A DNA stretch of 64,000 nucleotides from Amoebophrya sp. A120 (taxonomy: Eukaryota > Protista > Dinoflagellata), in assembly GCA_905178155.1 (NCBI GenBank), contig CAJINV010000004.1, forward strand, positions 6,054,828 to 6,118,827, given 5' to 3'. The first letter of the stretch is position 1, and each line of letters opens with the position of its first letter. Below, piece by piece: positions 25,009 to 36,507 of the stretch. The notes beneath the pieces were generated by a model, which was not told the origin of the DNA, made no database searches, and saw only the letters and a program-made list of their open reading frames with translations. Made by a program: the position numbers and the translations under genes.

Positions 25009-26669
25009 GATTTAATCTCAGGGTACTAGTAACTGTAGCGGAATTCAAGCCATATATATAATTTTCAGGGGGGATGCGCACCGGAAGTATTTGCGCTTCA
25101 CGAGTCCACGACCGACACCGAGCCACTCGGTCGATCATAAGAGATCTTGATGATTTCAATCCCTGGCTCGGTCGATTTTTTTACAACTTACTATTCCGAA
25201 ATGTAGTAGTAGTGGACTTCGGAGACCACCACATCTTGTTAATACCGGCATTGAAACAAAAGCGGCTTCTACTTCATCATGATTTTGGAGGTGGACAACA
25301 ACTACTTCTACTTTAGATCAAAGCGCAATACATGGTTGATACCTCCTTGTTGATCAAAACTCAAGGGGCACTAGCCCTGGAAGAGACTTCCTCTGCGTCA
25401 TGGATCTGACTTGGAAGACGTCGTCAGGATCTCGATCAGGGTGAGGACCATAGATTAGAGGTGTGCGATGGATCGATAGAGTTACTTATGCTGTAGCAGC
25501 ATCTGAAGCTTCTTGCCCCCGTCCGGCTCCGGGCGGGAGCTGCTACTTTGATGCAGCTGTATTACCCGTGTAGTTCTCTAAGTATCTCGACTATGAAAAT
25601 CGGAGGATGTGGATGATCGTTTTGTTGAAGATGTTGATCAGCAGGAACACGAAGACAAGTGTAGTGTCCTATGCTGACACCCTGTCCTACTCCTATGCGA
25701 GGACGTCAGAGGACCTGCTTGATATTTATTACAGCTGGTCGCAATGTTGAAGTTGATGTTCTTGCGCGTTACTTGTTGAAGAAATTGGGAAATTGGGTCG
25801 GCACGCGAGGTGGTTGTATGTACATTTCTTATTTCCCTGGAATTGTTCATGTTCTTCACCTTGTTGTCGTTGTCCTACAACTTGTTAGTTGCAGTATTAA
25901 TTTCATAGAGCATTTGGATTTGCATTTATTTGTTCGTCGTGCTGCGTTCAATTGTGTCGCCGCATGAATGATTCTTGATGTACTTAGTCAGAAGATGTAA
26001 TACTAACTGACTTTCTTTCGCTTTCCTGTCTGTGTGAGTTTTCTGTTTTGGAAATAGCGGACGTGGTACTGGTTGTAGCCTTAGGCTTAGCTGCAAGCGT
26101 CTACATAAATATGCTCCAGTGCGAAAGTCATGCGGTCCGTCTGGACGGTCTGGAATTATCTTTGAATCAAATGCTGCTTCTAGTAAGTCGAAGAGAGGAA
26201 TGTGCTCTCGGTCGCGCTCACTCTGCTATGTTTGTTTTGGGAGGTCGAGGTGTTCTTGAAATAATCCTATACAATTTTATAAAACCTACGAAAAGGTGAA
26301 ACAGAAACGTTTTTTCTTTTGGTTTATTTGCGTTGTATCATACAGAATGCGTATATTTGTACCAGTGAATTCTTGTGTTCTTAGGTGGGTTTGATGTCGA
26401 AAACAACTTGAATTTCGCAGCAGAAGTTAAATGCTTTATGTTCATTTATGCAAGTACCAGCCGTGGGGAAAACCATGCCTCGCTCCTTCAGAGCTCACCG
26501 GCCGCAAGCGGCAAACTTTGGAGCCGGCAGTAAATCTATTTTCATCATGCATAGCAGCAAATTTTGCAGCGATAGCTGCGCCTCTTTCGCAATTGAATGC
26601 GATAGCGTGTATTTCTTGGTCTGAGTTTGAAAAGCGCTGGTTGGCCGGCGCATCGCGCTGAAGTGTAGC

Positions 26670-27300
26670 GTCTACAGATATAAAAAAGGCCAAATCAAAA
26701 TCTACTGTAGGTTCCTGCAGTAGATATTATAGCGCATCCGAGTAAAAAGGCGAAAGCTTCTGTAGGCTCTCGCTCTACTGAAGTAGATTTTTTCATTTTA
26801 CAGTAGGCGCCTTCAGTAGAAAATTTCTGCAGAAGGGTCTACTGCAGATTTTTGCGTTTTGGTTGGACATGGACGACTTATTTAGTCATTCTTCAGTAGA
26901 GTGGCCTTCAGAAGACTCAAAACCTTCAGAAGCGTTGTCCAAAAAACTTGACTTTTTGCCATTTTTGAAGCAAAGAGGTCGGCTTTTGTGGCAAATTTCT
27001 ACAGTAGGTAAAGTAGTCGTTTTCAGTTTCTGAAGGTTGAAAACTTTCAGAAGAAATTTCTTGAGGCCACTTTTTTTTCTACCACTGAAGAAAAAAAAAT
27101 GACTTTCTTCTGTAGGAGTAGGTCTCATCTACGTTCAACAGTAGATCGACTCCTAGCCCTACTGAAGATTTTTTCAAAATTAATTACTTTTTGCAAACAG
27201 CAGCGACATCTGCTTGAAGTGTTAAGCTTTTTTTGTGGGCCTGTTTTTTCAACCTTCAGAAGGTATCTGCTGCCTTCTGTAGACTCTTCTGTAGTAGAAC
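26670..27300. repeat. Intergenic cluster of the quasi-palindrome CTWCWGWAG; possible non-autonomous DNA element
   Basis: About a dozen irregularly spaced copies (ctactgtag, cttctgtag, ctactgaag, cttcagtag, cttcagaag, ctacagtag) plus partial matches. Confidence 0.65.
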
Positions 27301-27591
27301 AAGTCTTCCCCTAACTATATTGTACTTCAATTAAAATACTCTGTGCGTCATCTGCGTGCGTATTCATTTATTACATGCTTTTTTAGTATAAGTAAACTTT
27401 AACTTTCACCTTTATTTAGACTCTTTTTGCAACAAATCCTATTCGGTCTACCAGATCTGTTTTTCTCAAGAAAGAGCTCAAAATGGCGACTCAAAGGCAC
27501 GACTCTGACGCCCGGGCTCGGGAAGTGGGCCGTCGGTAGGTTGCTTACCATTCGCGAAATAAGTCTTAGTCCGCGTTTTTTTTTGTTTTTC

Positions 27592-30500
27592 TCACGGAAC
27601 ATCAAAATAATGGGCGTGTTTTTTCGCTTGCTGCTTATTGTTGCTGGCCATCATCGTCGCGATTGGCTGACGAAGTCCTTCATCCGGAATCGTGGCGTAG
27701 TCTTCGTCGCTTCCCGTGCCTGCTCCTGGTTTTGCGGCCCGGGCGTGGGCCGGGGCGGGCTTCGTTTGATGATGATGTTGCTGGTGGTGGTCCTTCCCGT
27801 GATGAAACAGCGTGTCAAGAGCTTGTTGTACGTGGCGAGAAACTGAAACCGCATCCCCTCCCAGACTGCCGACGGCCCCGTTGATGGCCTCCGTTACCGC
27901 CTCCCCGACCTTGCCCTCGACCGCGTCTACCAACTTAGTGACCTTCGCTTGGATCCAATCTCGCACAGAAATTTTCGTCTTTCGCGACGTTTCATCGCCT
28001 GGAAGTGCCGGGGCACCATCTAGGTCTAGTAAGGCGTCCGGGCCTGCCATGGGAAAGACATTCAGGTGGAACAGCAGCACTAGCACCGGCGCAATTTCCA
28101 CGCTGAAAAGCACGGGGAGGGGCGTTTCCCGGATGAAGGGAATCAGGGCCACCACCTGACTCAGCACTTTCCCCGCAGCGGTGGCCAACATGATCAACAG
28201 CCCCTCGACGGCGGAAGACGTGAGAAAAACCTTGATCGATTTCCACTATCCTGTGCAAAAATGTATGGGCCAGGAAGAGTGCGAGACTTGTAATGCAGGT
28301 TTTCCATGAAGACCCGTGAGGCCTGGAATGCAGGACCTAGCATGACACATTATGTGAGGTCTCTATCATGCCTCTGTCTGCTCCTGCATGGGAAACAAAC
28401 TGCGTCTCAATTTGATGTTCAAAAGCGGACAGCTTTTGGTGATGCAATGCAACACAAATTTTGTCACCATCCAGATCTACCATGACAAGTTGCCCTATAT
28501 TTCCAGACCCAGACATTATATTTGATATCGAAACCCCCGCAACGACGTTGTGGAGTGTGTCCTTTATTTCCGAAAGCCCGTTAGCGAATGCCGTCGCAAG
28601 CGTCGTCTTCGCCTCGAACAGCGACTCTTTCGCATCGGCTAGGAGATCCAAAACGTGCGACGCCTTTGCAGGTATCGAAAGAAGAACCTGTCTCGGTCTC
28701 AAACCTTTGCAGACTCAGCAGTACTAAACTTGCTGAGCATGACGCGGAAAACCTGTGACGCATCAGACACAGCAAGAAAAAACACATACGCAACACGACT
28801 CTCTTGTTGCATGTGGTCGAGCATCATGACAAAAAACTATCTCAAGGAGGAGGTTGCGCACTACAACAAGTTAAGGCTGAGACGAATTTTTCTCGCGATA
28901 ATAGCAAGGCGTAGTCCCTCGCGCTGCTGCTGCTCCGCCAGCTGCACCAGCGCTGCACCGGGGGCGGTGGAGGCAGTTTTCGCAGGGGCTTCTAGGAGGT
29001 ACGGACCCAAGCCCTGCTCTTCTTGGCTGTCATCACCTGTTCCGCGCTGCGCCCTCTGCTGCCCTGCATCTCGTGGTGAAGGCAGCGCGTAGCGAGGGAA
29101 GTTGTTCGGGCGCAACCGCATGTCGGTAGGGCCTGCTTTTTGCGTAAACGAGGTGGACGAGGCTCCTCTCCCTTCACTTTTTTTAGTTTTATGTGCAGCT
29201 GCATGATTTTGATGCCCTTGGCCTTGCTGGTGCTGGCCATGATTTTTTGAGTTTGTTTTCTCGTGGTGGCCCTTGAGATGGTCGATTTTTCCTTCCCCAC
29301 CCGCGCTACCCTCTTTTTTGCTTTTCCACCCCTTCAGCACCTTATGCAGCAGGTCCGTCATTTTCTCGTCAAACCAAATACAAAGGCTAGCCCGGAGGCC
29401 CTCGAAAATCCCGGCGAAGTTCAGGCTCTCGAGGAGCTTGTTGGCAACGCCTTCGACAATGGGAACCAGCCCCGCAGCCAGCTTGTCGCGAATCGCCTCC
29501 GTCTGCAACATGCTCTCGGAGACCAACGAGAACACCAGCCGGGCCGGACCAAGGAGAGGTGGTGCGGCCAGCGTCGTGGCCGCCAGTCTCGCCAGCGGCG
29601 CCGCGATGCTGTCGGCCAGCACGCTCTTTAATCCTCCCAGATTGGTTTCTGCCAGATCGTACAACACGGCCCCGCCCGAGCGAAGCACAACCTCCTTCGC
29701 CTTGTCCTTCATTTTTTCCAACGCGCCGCCCATATGCGTCAACCCCTTGTGAAACACATCGGCTACATGTCCCAAAAAGGCGTCGTCCTGGTGCGAGGAC
29801 TGGGCCAGGCGGAGGTGGCGTTTCTGCAGGAACGAGAAGCGGTCCTGCAAAGCGGCCGCTTTGGTTTGCTTGTAGTATTTCGGGGCCAGAAACTCGATCA
29901 GGCTCAGCTTTTTCGACTGCGTAGCGGGAACTTGCCGTCGCAGTTGTGGTAGCGCTGGGCTAGTAGTCGATGATATGGAGAACGACGCAGGGCTGCCTTC
30001 GTCGATTCGTTTGCCCTCCTGCGGCCCTTGATGCAAAAAGCGCTGCCAAGCGTCATTCGTGTCGAAAGAGCTTGCCGCCACAGGTTGCTGGCCGTCTGCA
30101 TCTTCACCGGCCGCCAGTAGCCAAATCTTCTTTCCACGCTCTGCCATCGGCCGCGGATTGGAGTCTTGCTCTCGCTGCAGAGCGGACCATCCATAGGTCG
30201 ATCGCTCGCTTCCGCTGCGCCAGCGACCAGAGGGGACCACATCCACATCATCCATCTCGATTTGATCTTCCCGGAATGGGACTTCTAATGCGCTTGATCC
30301 TGCTTGAGCTGGATGTTTGTCGAAGCCCGTGACCATCTCCGCGACAAGGCTGTCTTCCACCTCGTCGGCCTGCTTTTTTCCATCCTCCTGCTGCAGCGGG
30401 TTTCTTGGGTTGCCCGAGCCCTCCCCCTTCTCGTTCAACGCATACCTCGCCCCTGCCTTTAGGGCGGAGATTGCGCCGCGTGCGTCGCGGAGCGCACCCC

Positions 30501-32945
30501 GCCCGGCGTGGAGCAACCCATTTCCAACGTGGGCTACGTTTTCGATGGAGCTTACTTTCCCCAAGTCCACCTTACTGAGCACAGCGCGGAGGCCGTCGCG
30601 CAGCAGATCGAAAACTCCTTGTGATCCTTGTCCTTCTCCAATGGTGATCTTGCGCAATTCCTCTCCTAAACTTTTGAGCTCGTCAACGGGATGGTTTTTC
30701 TCGAGTGTAGACGACGCCTCCTTCTCTCCCTTGTGCTTGTGGTGCCTTTCGTGATGCTTCTTTTTTTCGTTGTGTTTCTCGTGCAGGTGCTTGTCCAGTG
30801 TCTGTGGCAAATGGCGCCTCCCGTCCTTTGTACTCTCCTCTCCGATTGATTCTTTTTTTCTTGCGAACCCGAAGACGCGTTCCAGAGCTCCGGCCGTCTT
30901 CGATTTGAAAAAGGAAAGGAGCTTTGCAGAGAGGATCGGAACCACACCGACCAGAAAGGGATCCACGATGCTCTCTATCGGAATGCCGGGGATCACACCA
31001 CTAAGGACGCTGTACAACACGTCGCCGAGCCGGCTGACCAGCTTTTGAACCAGGTGTTGAAAAAAGAAAAGAGACAGGAACTCAACTGCTTTCGTCACAA
31101 ATACCGACTGGAGCAGCAGGTGTGCCACATGCTGCCACAATTTTTTCAGCTTGTTCTTCACCTTCTCTAGAGTCGTCTTCGCAAGTTCCATGGCGTGGTT
31201 AGCTTTCTTCGCAACTCCGTTGACGCCGTTTTTGAACGAATCCAACATCTTCTGCATCTTTTTACCCATCGGCGCGATGTGGAAGTCAGGCAAGACACGG
31301 CGGAATTCGGGAAAGAGCCTCGATTTCGTATGGCTCTGGACGGTCTCGTGTGCCTCCAGCTGCTCCGCCTCGAGCGCTTTTTGCCGCGTCAATAGATGGC
31401 TCGTGATTCCTTGTTCCAGCTGGTCCGCGTTGAGCGCGTCTGACCGCCTGAATTCAGGGTGCTTGTCTTCTGCTTTCGCTTTCCCGCCATCATGCTCCGT
31501 CTGCTTCTCCTCGTTGCCCCACACCAAATAGTTACGCAACTGATGGCTAATGATGTACATGGCCTCGTGGAGGAGGAGTGTCGTTGCCTCTGTGGCGAAC
31601 GCAGGCAGCACCTTTTCGCGGAACACGCCAACGATTTTGTTCAGCACCGGTTCCGCCATCTTAGCGAGGGCTGTGCCGAAGCCCCAGTAGAGCAGCCTGT
31701 CCAACACGGTCGCGAGCCCGGGCACAAACTGCAGGACGATCTCGGCCGCCGTGGCCAGGAGGGTGGCCAGGTTTTGTTTTAGATCCTGCACGACGGCATT
31801 TTTCCACTTTTCCACTTGCTCTAGTGGAATAAAGTACGCTGCGACGGAGGACATCAAGTGTTTGATCGTCTCCGTGCATGCCGTCTCCATTTTCGATTGC
31901 AAATCCCCCAAAAATGACGTGATCCCGATCTCCCCCACCCGCACTACGGAAGTCGCTTCAAGCTCCTCTTGCTGGTGGTGCAGAAAAATCCTCGCTGTGG
32001 AAGTCCCCGTCGACGTCGATGTCCCAAATTTTTCCAACAGACTCGCTGTCTCGTTAAAAGTTGTAAAAATTTGCCGTCCACCGTCCCCTCGTGGTCCCCT
32101 CGGCGGGAGGTCGGTCTCCTTGGCGCCATCCGGCTCGTGGTTCATGATCGCCAACGGCATCATTTCTTCCCGGTCGTGGTCCAGCAAGTTGTCCGCGTCT
32201 GCGTCTTCACCATTGTAGTTCAACATCTCGAGCACGGACGAAACGTCGGTGTCGGCATCCTCCTCATAATTTTTCTCTGCCAGTGCACAACTCCCCCTCC
32301 CCCTCATTTGTATAGCATGAACGGCAATACAAGCATCAGTACGAGTGCCGGTTTTGCATGACAAATTTGCACTGGACGAGTGTAGTGCTATTTGGCGGGC
32401 TACCAGAACTTATCATGCAAACAGTGCCAAGAGACAGAGGGTGGGTTGGGTAATATTTTGCATGACAAATGAGGGGGAGGGGGAGTTGTGCACTGTCATA
32501 TTTTCTCAAGGAGAGAAGAGAACGACCCGTCGTGCTCAACAGTAACGACGCCGACAACTGCTGGTAGTTGCTCATGTTCTTCTGTCGTTCTGTTCAGGAA
32601 CGACCCAGGGTGGAGAGTTGTCAGCGCTGAAGCTGCGGACGTATCGCTCATCTCCTGATGTAGCTGCTGGTCCGGCTTGTCGACCAGATCGTCCTGTAGT
32701 TGCTCTGGCAGAGTTGTTCGGCGAGCAGCTGCGCCAGCGGGGAAGAAGATAAAAGAACAGTCGGTAAAAAACAGCCAACAGAACAACACGATGGTCTTCG
32801 TGATGCAGCGATAAAAACGCTTGCGCCGGCAGCCACACTGCGATAGACACGCTCCCGGATCATCATGCGCGGGATGAAACATCGTCGCGGCTTTGGGCTT
32901 GTTTGTCTCGCGGCTCACACTGAACGACCCGCGCGTGGTGGTCAC
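27592..32945 (-). CDS. Large hypothetical protein (about 1500 aa) with N-terminal hydrophobic segment and amphipathic helices
   Basis: ORFs 32496-32945, 28861-32364, 28337-28702 and 27592-28197 join in frame after three elements are removed; 3' end may continue past a GTGAG donor. Confidence 0.75.
28247..28527. mobile_element. Introner family A (degenerate)
   Basis: tatcctgtgcaaaaatgtatgggccaggaag / ttccagacccagacattatatttgata; DR tccac/tcgaa (3/5); frame restored. Confidence 0.82.
28673..28903. mobile_element. Introner, family D-like, with 3-nt spacer before the DR
   Basis: tatcgaaagaagaacctgtctcgg / ctgagacgaatttttctcgcgata+ata; DR gcagg/gcaag; frame restored. Confidence 0.75.
32276..32500. 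mobile_element. Introner family B with one terminus mutated to TC
   Basis: tctgccagtgcacaactccccctccccctca / tgagggggagggggagttgtgcactgtcata; DR ttttc. Confidence 0.9.
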
Positions 32946-33090
32946 CTATCGAAAAATGCAGATATGTCTATAGTCACAGTCCCGAAAGGTGCAGATGACA
33001 GTTACAGATACAGCTCGAGTTTCGATCATATATTTCATCTGATTATGTTTCCAGTGTTACTTTTCTTTGATCAAAGGCTGTTTGCATACG

Positions 33091-34279
33091 CTACACCTGC
33101 ATGCAAGCCATCAAAATCATCAGAATACAAAACGTAGGTGGAAAGAACCAAATAAAAGAAGACAGCATTTTTACGTTTCCTCCGCCATTCAGCATATTCA
33201 TCTCGTAGTACAGCTTTTCGTTCGTGGTCCTTTCATCCGGCTTGGACGGCAAAATGGTCTTCCTCGCGAGAGTCCTCTCATCAGCCGAAAACGGTGCAGC
33301 GTCCATTGCCGAGTTCGCGGGTGCTAGCGCCATATTGTGCGGCATCCCGAGCCGCTCGTAGTTGTACTCCTCGGTGAACTTGTCCTCGCAGATGTAGATT
33401 CTAATCCGCTTGTTCCCGTCGCGGAATCCGAAGTCTTCGCCGACACCGTTTGTTACAGCTGAAAATGATTTTTTTGTGATAGATTCTCACACGCACAAGA
33501 AACAAAAAAAGGAAGATGTTGTCATGCACTAAAGACGCGCTCGCGCATATTAAGGAATATGGATATGCAAAAAACACACCACAAATACCAATAGCGTCCT
33601 TTCCGTATGCGTAGAACTGCAGCAAATGTCGCTCCAGCACTTCCCAAGTGGGCAGTTCGTCAAGAGTCAGACTTGTCTGCTGGCACACTTGTCCTCTCGT
33701 GGTGCTGCTCGGCAAGCTGCTCTGCCGGAATTCGAATGTTTTCTTTGGTCGTGCCCGGATAATAAATTTCGATTGTGCGGCTTCGAACCTGGCAGTTTGT
33801 TTTTTGTTTTCATACTTTCTTATTTGCCCACTATTCCTTGTCATGCGTGGCCATGTAGGAGCGAGTCAGGCAAGCTTGTGCATCAATTAAAAGCTGCAAG
33901 AACTCAATATTAAGTACCTTTCTCTATTCCGCGCGATTCTGCATCCGCCGATGATGGACCGGGAGTTTTGTCTTGGGAGGTGCTTTTTGCCGATGGATGT
34001 GGACAATTGCGACGTTCCCGGCAGGTTTGGTATCGCTGATTTGATTTTGTTCGGTTTTCGTAAAATGCATGAGAGCGCCTGCTCTTGTCGTTCTCGTTGT
34101 CGTTACCAAGAGTTTTTTATAATTACAAACCACTTCTTCGCAATACAATTCCTATTTTCTATTGCTGATGCATGTGACAAAAAAAAAAAACGAATACCGG
34201 TTGCATTCAACTTCGGCTTTCTCGTGGTCGCCAGGTGCGACGCGGAGGTGGACCTCGTCAGCGTCGAGTCCATTACCAT
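33091..34279 (-). CDS. Small hypothetical protein (exon structure uncertain)
   Basis: Coding-like segments MVMDSTLTRSTSASHLATTRKPKLNAT and IYICEDKFTEEYNYERLGMPHNMALAP...KLYYEMNML. Confidence 0.45.
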
Positions 34280-34465
34280 TAGTTCTTTTTATTTTCAAAC
34301 GTAAGTCATTGTCATTTGTTTTCCTTTGACAGTAGTACTCCCCAGTCAGAAGAAAAAAAGAAACTGCGAGTCAACAGTGTAGTGACGAATTTTATCTCAT
34401 TCAAGCGCAATTGGAGTTTCCGTTTCGGTTTATTCTGTACAGGTGACGACGACACGACTTGCTTT

Positions 34466-35555
34466 GATGCGGTGGAGGAGCTAGCATTCTCACAACGAGT
34501 CTTCATGAAACATACATACATACATACAATGCACTTTGCCCTGTGTCTGGGGTGCGTGCCGCTCGATTTTTGATCGTGACACCGGGAAAGCGATCCACCC
34601 AAACGATTTGTACGGACGAGCAAGGGTGTGAAGCTACCCTCTGTGTTCGCGATGGGGCTGGCTAGGCCCGGCCAACAGCGCAAGAGGTGAACATCGAAGC
34701 CGGGAGGAGCCTATGCGACCCCTAGGGGGGCGGGCGTACTTAAACGCTCCGGCAATCTCTATTCCTTGTTCCTGGCGGCCACATCAAGGCGATTCTCGCT
34801 GCTGGCGCCGTGTTGCTCGATTTTGCCGCGAAGTGCCGGCGCACATCGGTCACAAGCTACTAGCCTGTAGGCGATGCGGTCGGGGGGCATCCTGCGCTTC
34901 CGCGGATGCTTTGCGCCCTCCTCGTCTGCCCAGCGTCTCAGACAGAAGAGGGGGGGCGCCGCAATGCTCTCCCGTCTGGGCTCGCATTCCTCACAAGGCC
35001 CGCGCGATGCGGAAGACAGAGAGAAGACAAGCTACTAAAGATAACGGGTCCCCCGGCGAAGCCGGTGCCACCACACACAGCAGTCCAGCCACGCGGGCGA
35101 AGAACTGGGGCAGCTCCCGGCTTCCTCTTGTTGGTTCTCGGCAGTCGCGGCCCTTCGTGCCGTCAGCGCCTGCGCTTGGCGTGCGTCCCTATTGCTGCAG
35201 TGGCCGCGTGCTCTGACGCGCCACCTCCGCCTCAGGGCTGCGCCGTTGCGCCTGGTGCTTGCGAGCGCTGAGGGGTGCGCGCGGTAGCTAGCTAGCTGCT
35301 GGCCAACCTAACTGCGTTGAGACCCGCACCCAGGAAGCCGGGGCCGGTGTGTCTACCTCCCTGCGGGAAGCAGGCTGCGTCTCGCTCAATGTCTTCCGCC
35401 ACGTGGCGGGCGTCTATGCGAAGAGACTTTTGCACCAGCTGCGAGCTCGTGCTAGGCGCCCCTATGCGGCTGGCTGCGAGCTCGTGCTAGGCTGCGAGCT
35501 CGTGCACCAGATGCGGTGGAGGAGCTAGCATTCTCACAACGAGTCTTCATGAAAC
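34466..35555 (-). mobile_element. About 1-kb GC-rich insertion flanked by a 46-bp direct repeat, with (GTAT)n tail; retroposon-like
   Basis: Identical 46-mer at 34466-34511 and 35510-35555; (atac)n directly inside the left copy; triplicated gctgcgagctcgtgc at the other junction. Confidence 0.7.
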
Positions 35556-36507
35556 GTTTGTGCTGCAGAAACCTTCACCTAGTTGTGCCCCAGATAATTG
35601 TAGCAGCATTTGGTTCAAGACGTAATGCAACGAATACGAAAACGGCCTCGAGCGCTGTTTTTATTCTACTTAACGTGGCAGGAACATGTTGACCCTGCTG
35701 TCTCAGTCTCTCGACACAATCTTTTTCTTCTGACTTCCTCGACGACGGTCACTACGGAAGAGAAGCATTCGACGACAATTTGGTACATCAGCTCACAACT
35801 TTGTACGTAGTTCAGAGCTCCACAAGAACTGAAGTACCATTCATCTTGGTCCGACACGAGCACGACAGAATTTGCATTGCTAATGCACACTTTGACTTTT
35901 CAATGTATGTATCAAGAATAGCAAAGCAGCATCAAGCTTTACATATTTCAAACAAAACCGGAATCGGCCGGCAACAGACGTTGTTACATGATTTTAACCA
36001 ATCTTTGCAGTATAATTTTCATCATTTTGCATCTAAGTTGTATATTAGTAAAGATGCTCGATTTCGTTGTCTGCTCTAGTACCAGAACAGGGCCAACGCC
36101 AACTACTATGACAAGTAACATTCAAGAAAATTCAATCTGATACTGTAGTAGAGGTACACTCCAGCTCTAGCGATAGTGTAAGAATAAGACGACCACGACG
36201 AAGACGATGAAAAGCAAAAGTGGTTGTTTTACATAGAAAGCAGCTCAAAAAACTACATTTTTCTCTAGCGGTTGATTTTATCTCTCGACTCATTTTCATT
36301 TATATTTGCGATTGCGTCTTTCGATTTCTAACGAACATGTTGCAACTACAGGCACGTGGCAGACAAGGCCTGCTGTGCTAGTGTATGATGATTTGATGAA
36401 AAGTTGTCCAGTAAAGACATTTCGTGGACCACTTGCATTTGCGGAAAGGGAACGACCTCCACCTCCACCTCTTCCTCTGTACGATCACGAAGAATGACCC
36501 AGGATTT

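Noticed and set aside
28861-32364. Long ORF as the autonomous transposase or excision enzyme
   Set aside because: No DDE, RT, tyrosine recombinase or nuclease motif is visible and it is not bounded by TIRs; no transposase was recognised anywhere in the window
34713-35271. Plus-strand ORFs in the GC-rich insertion
   Set aside because: Arg/Pro/Ala-rich with no motif; expected by chance at high GC
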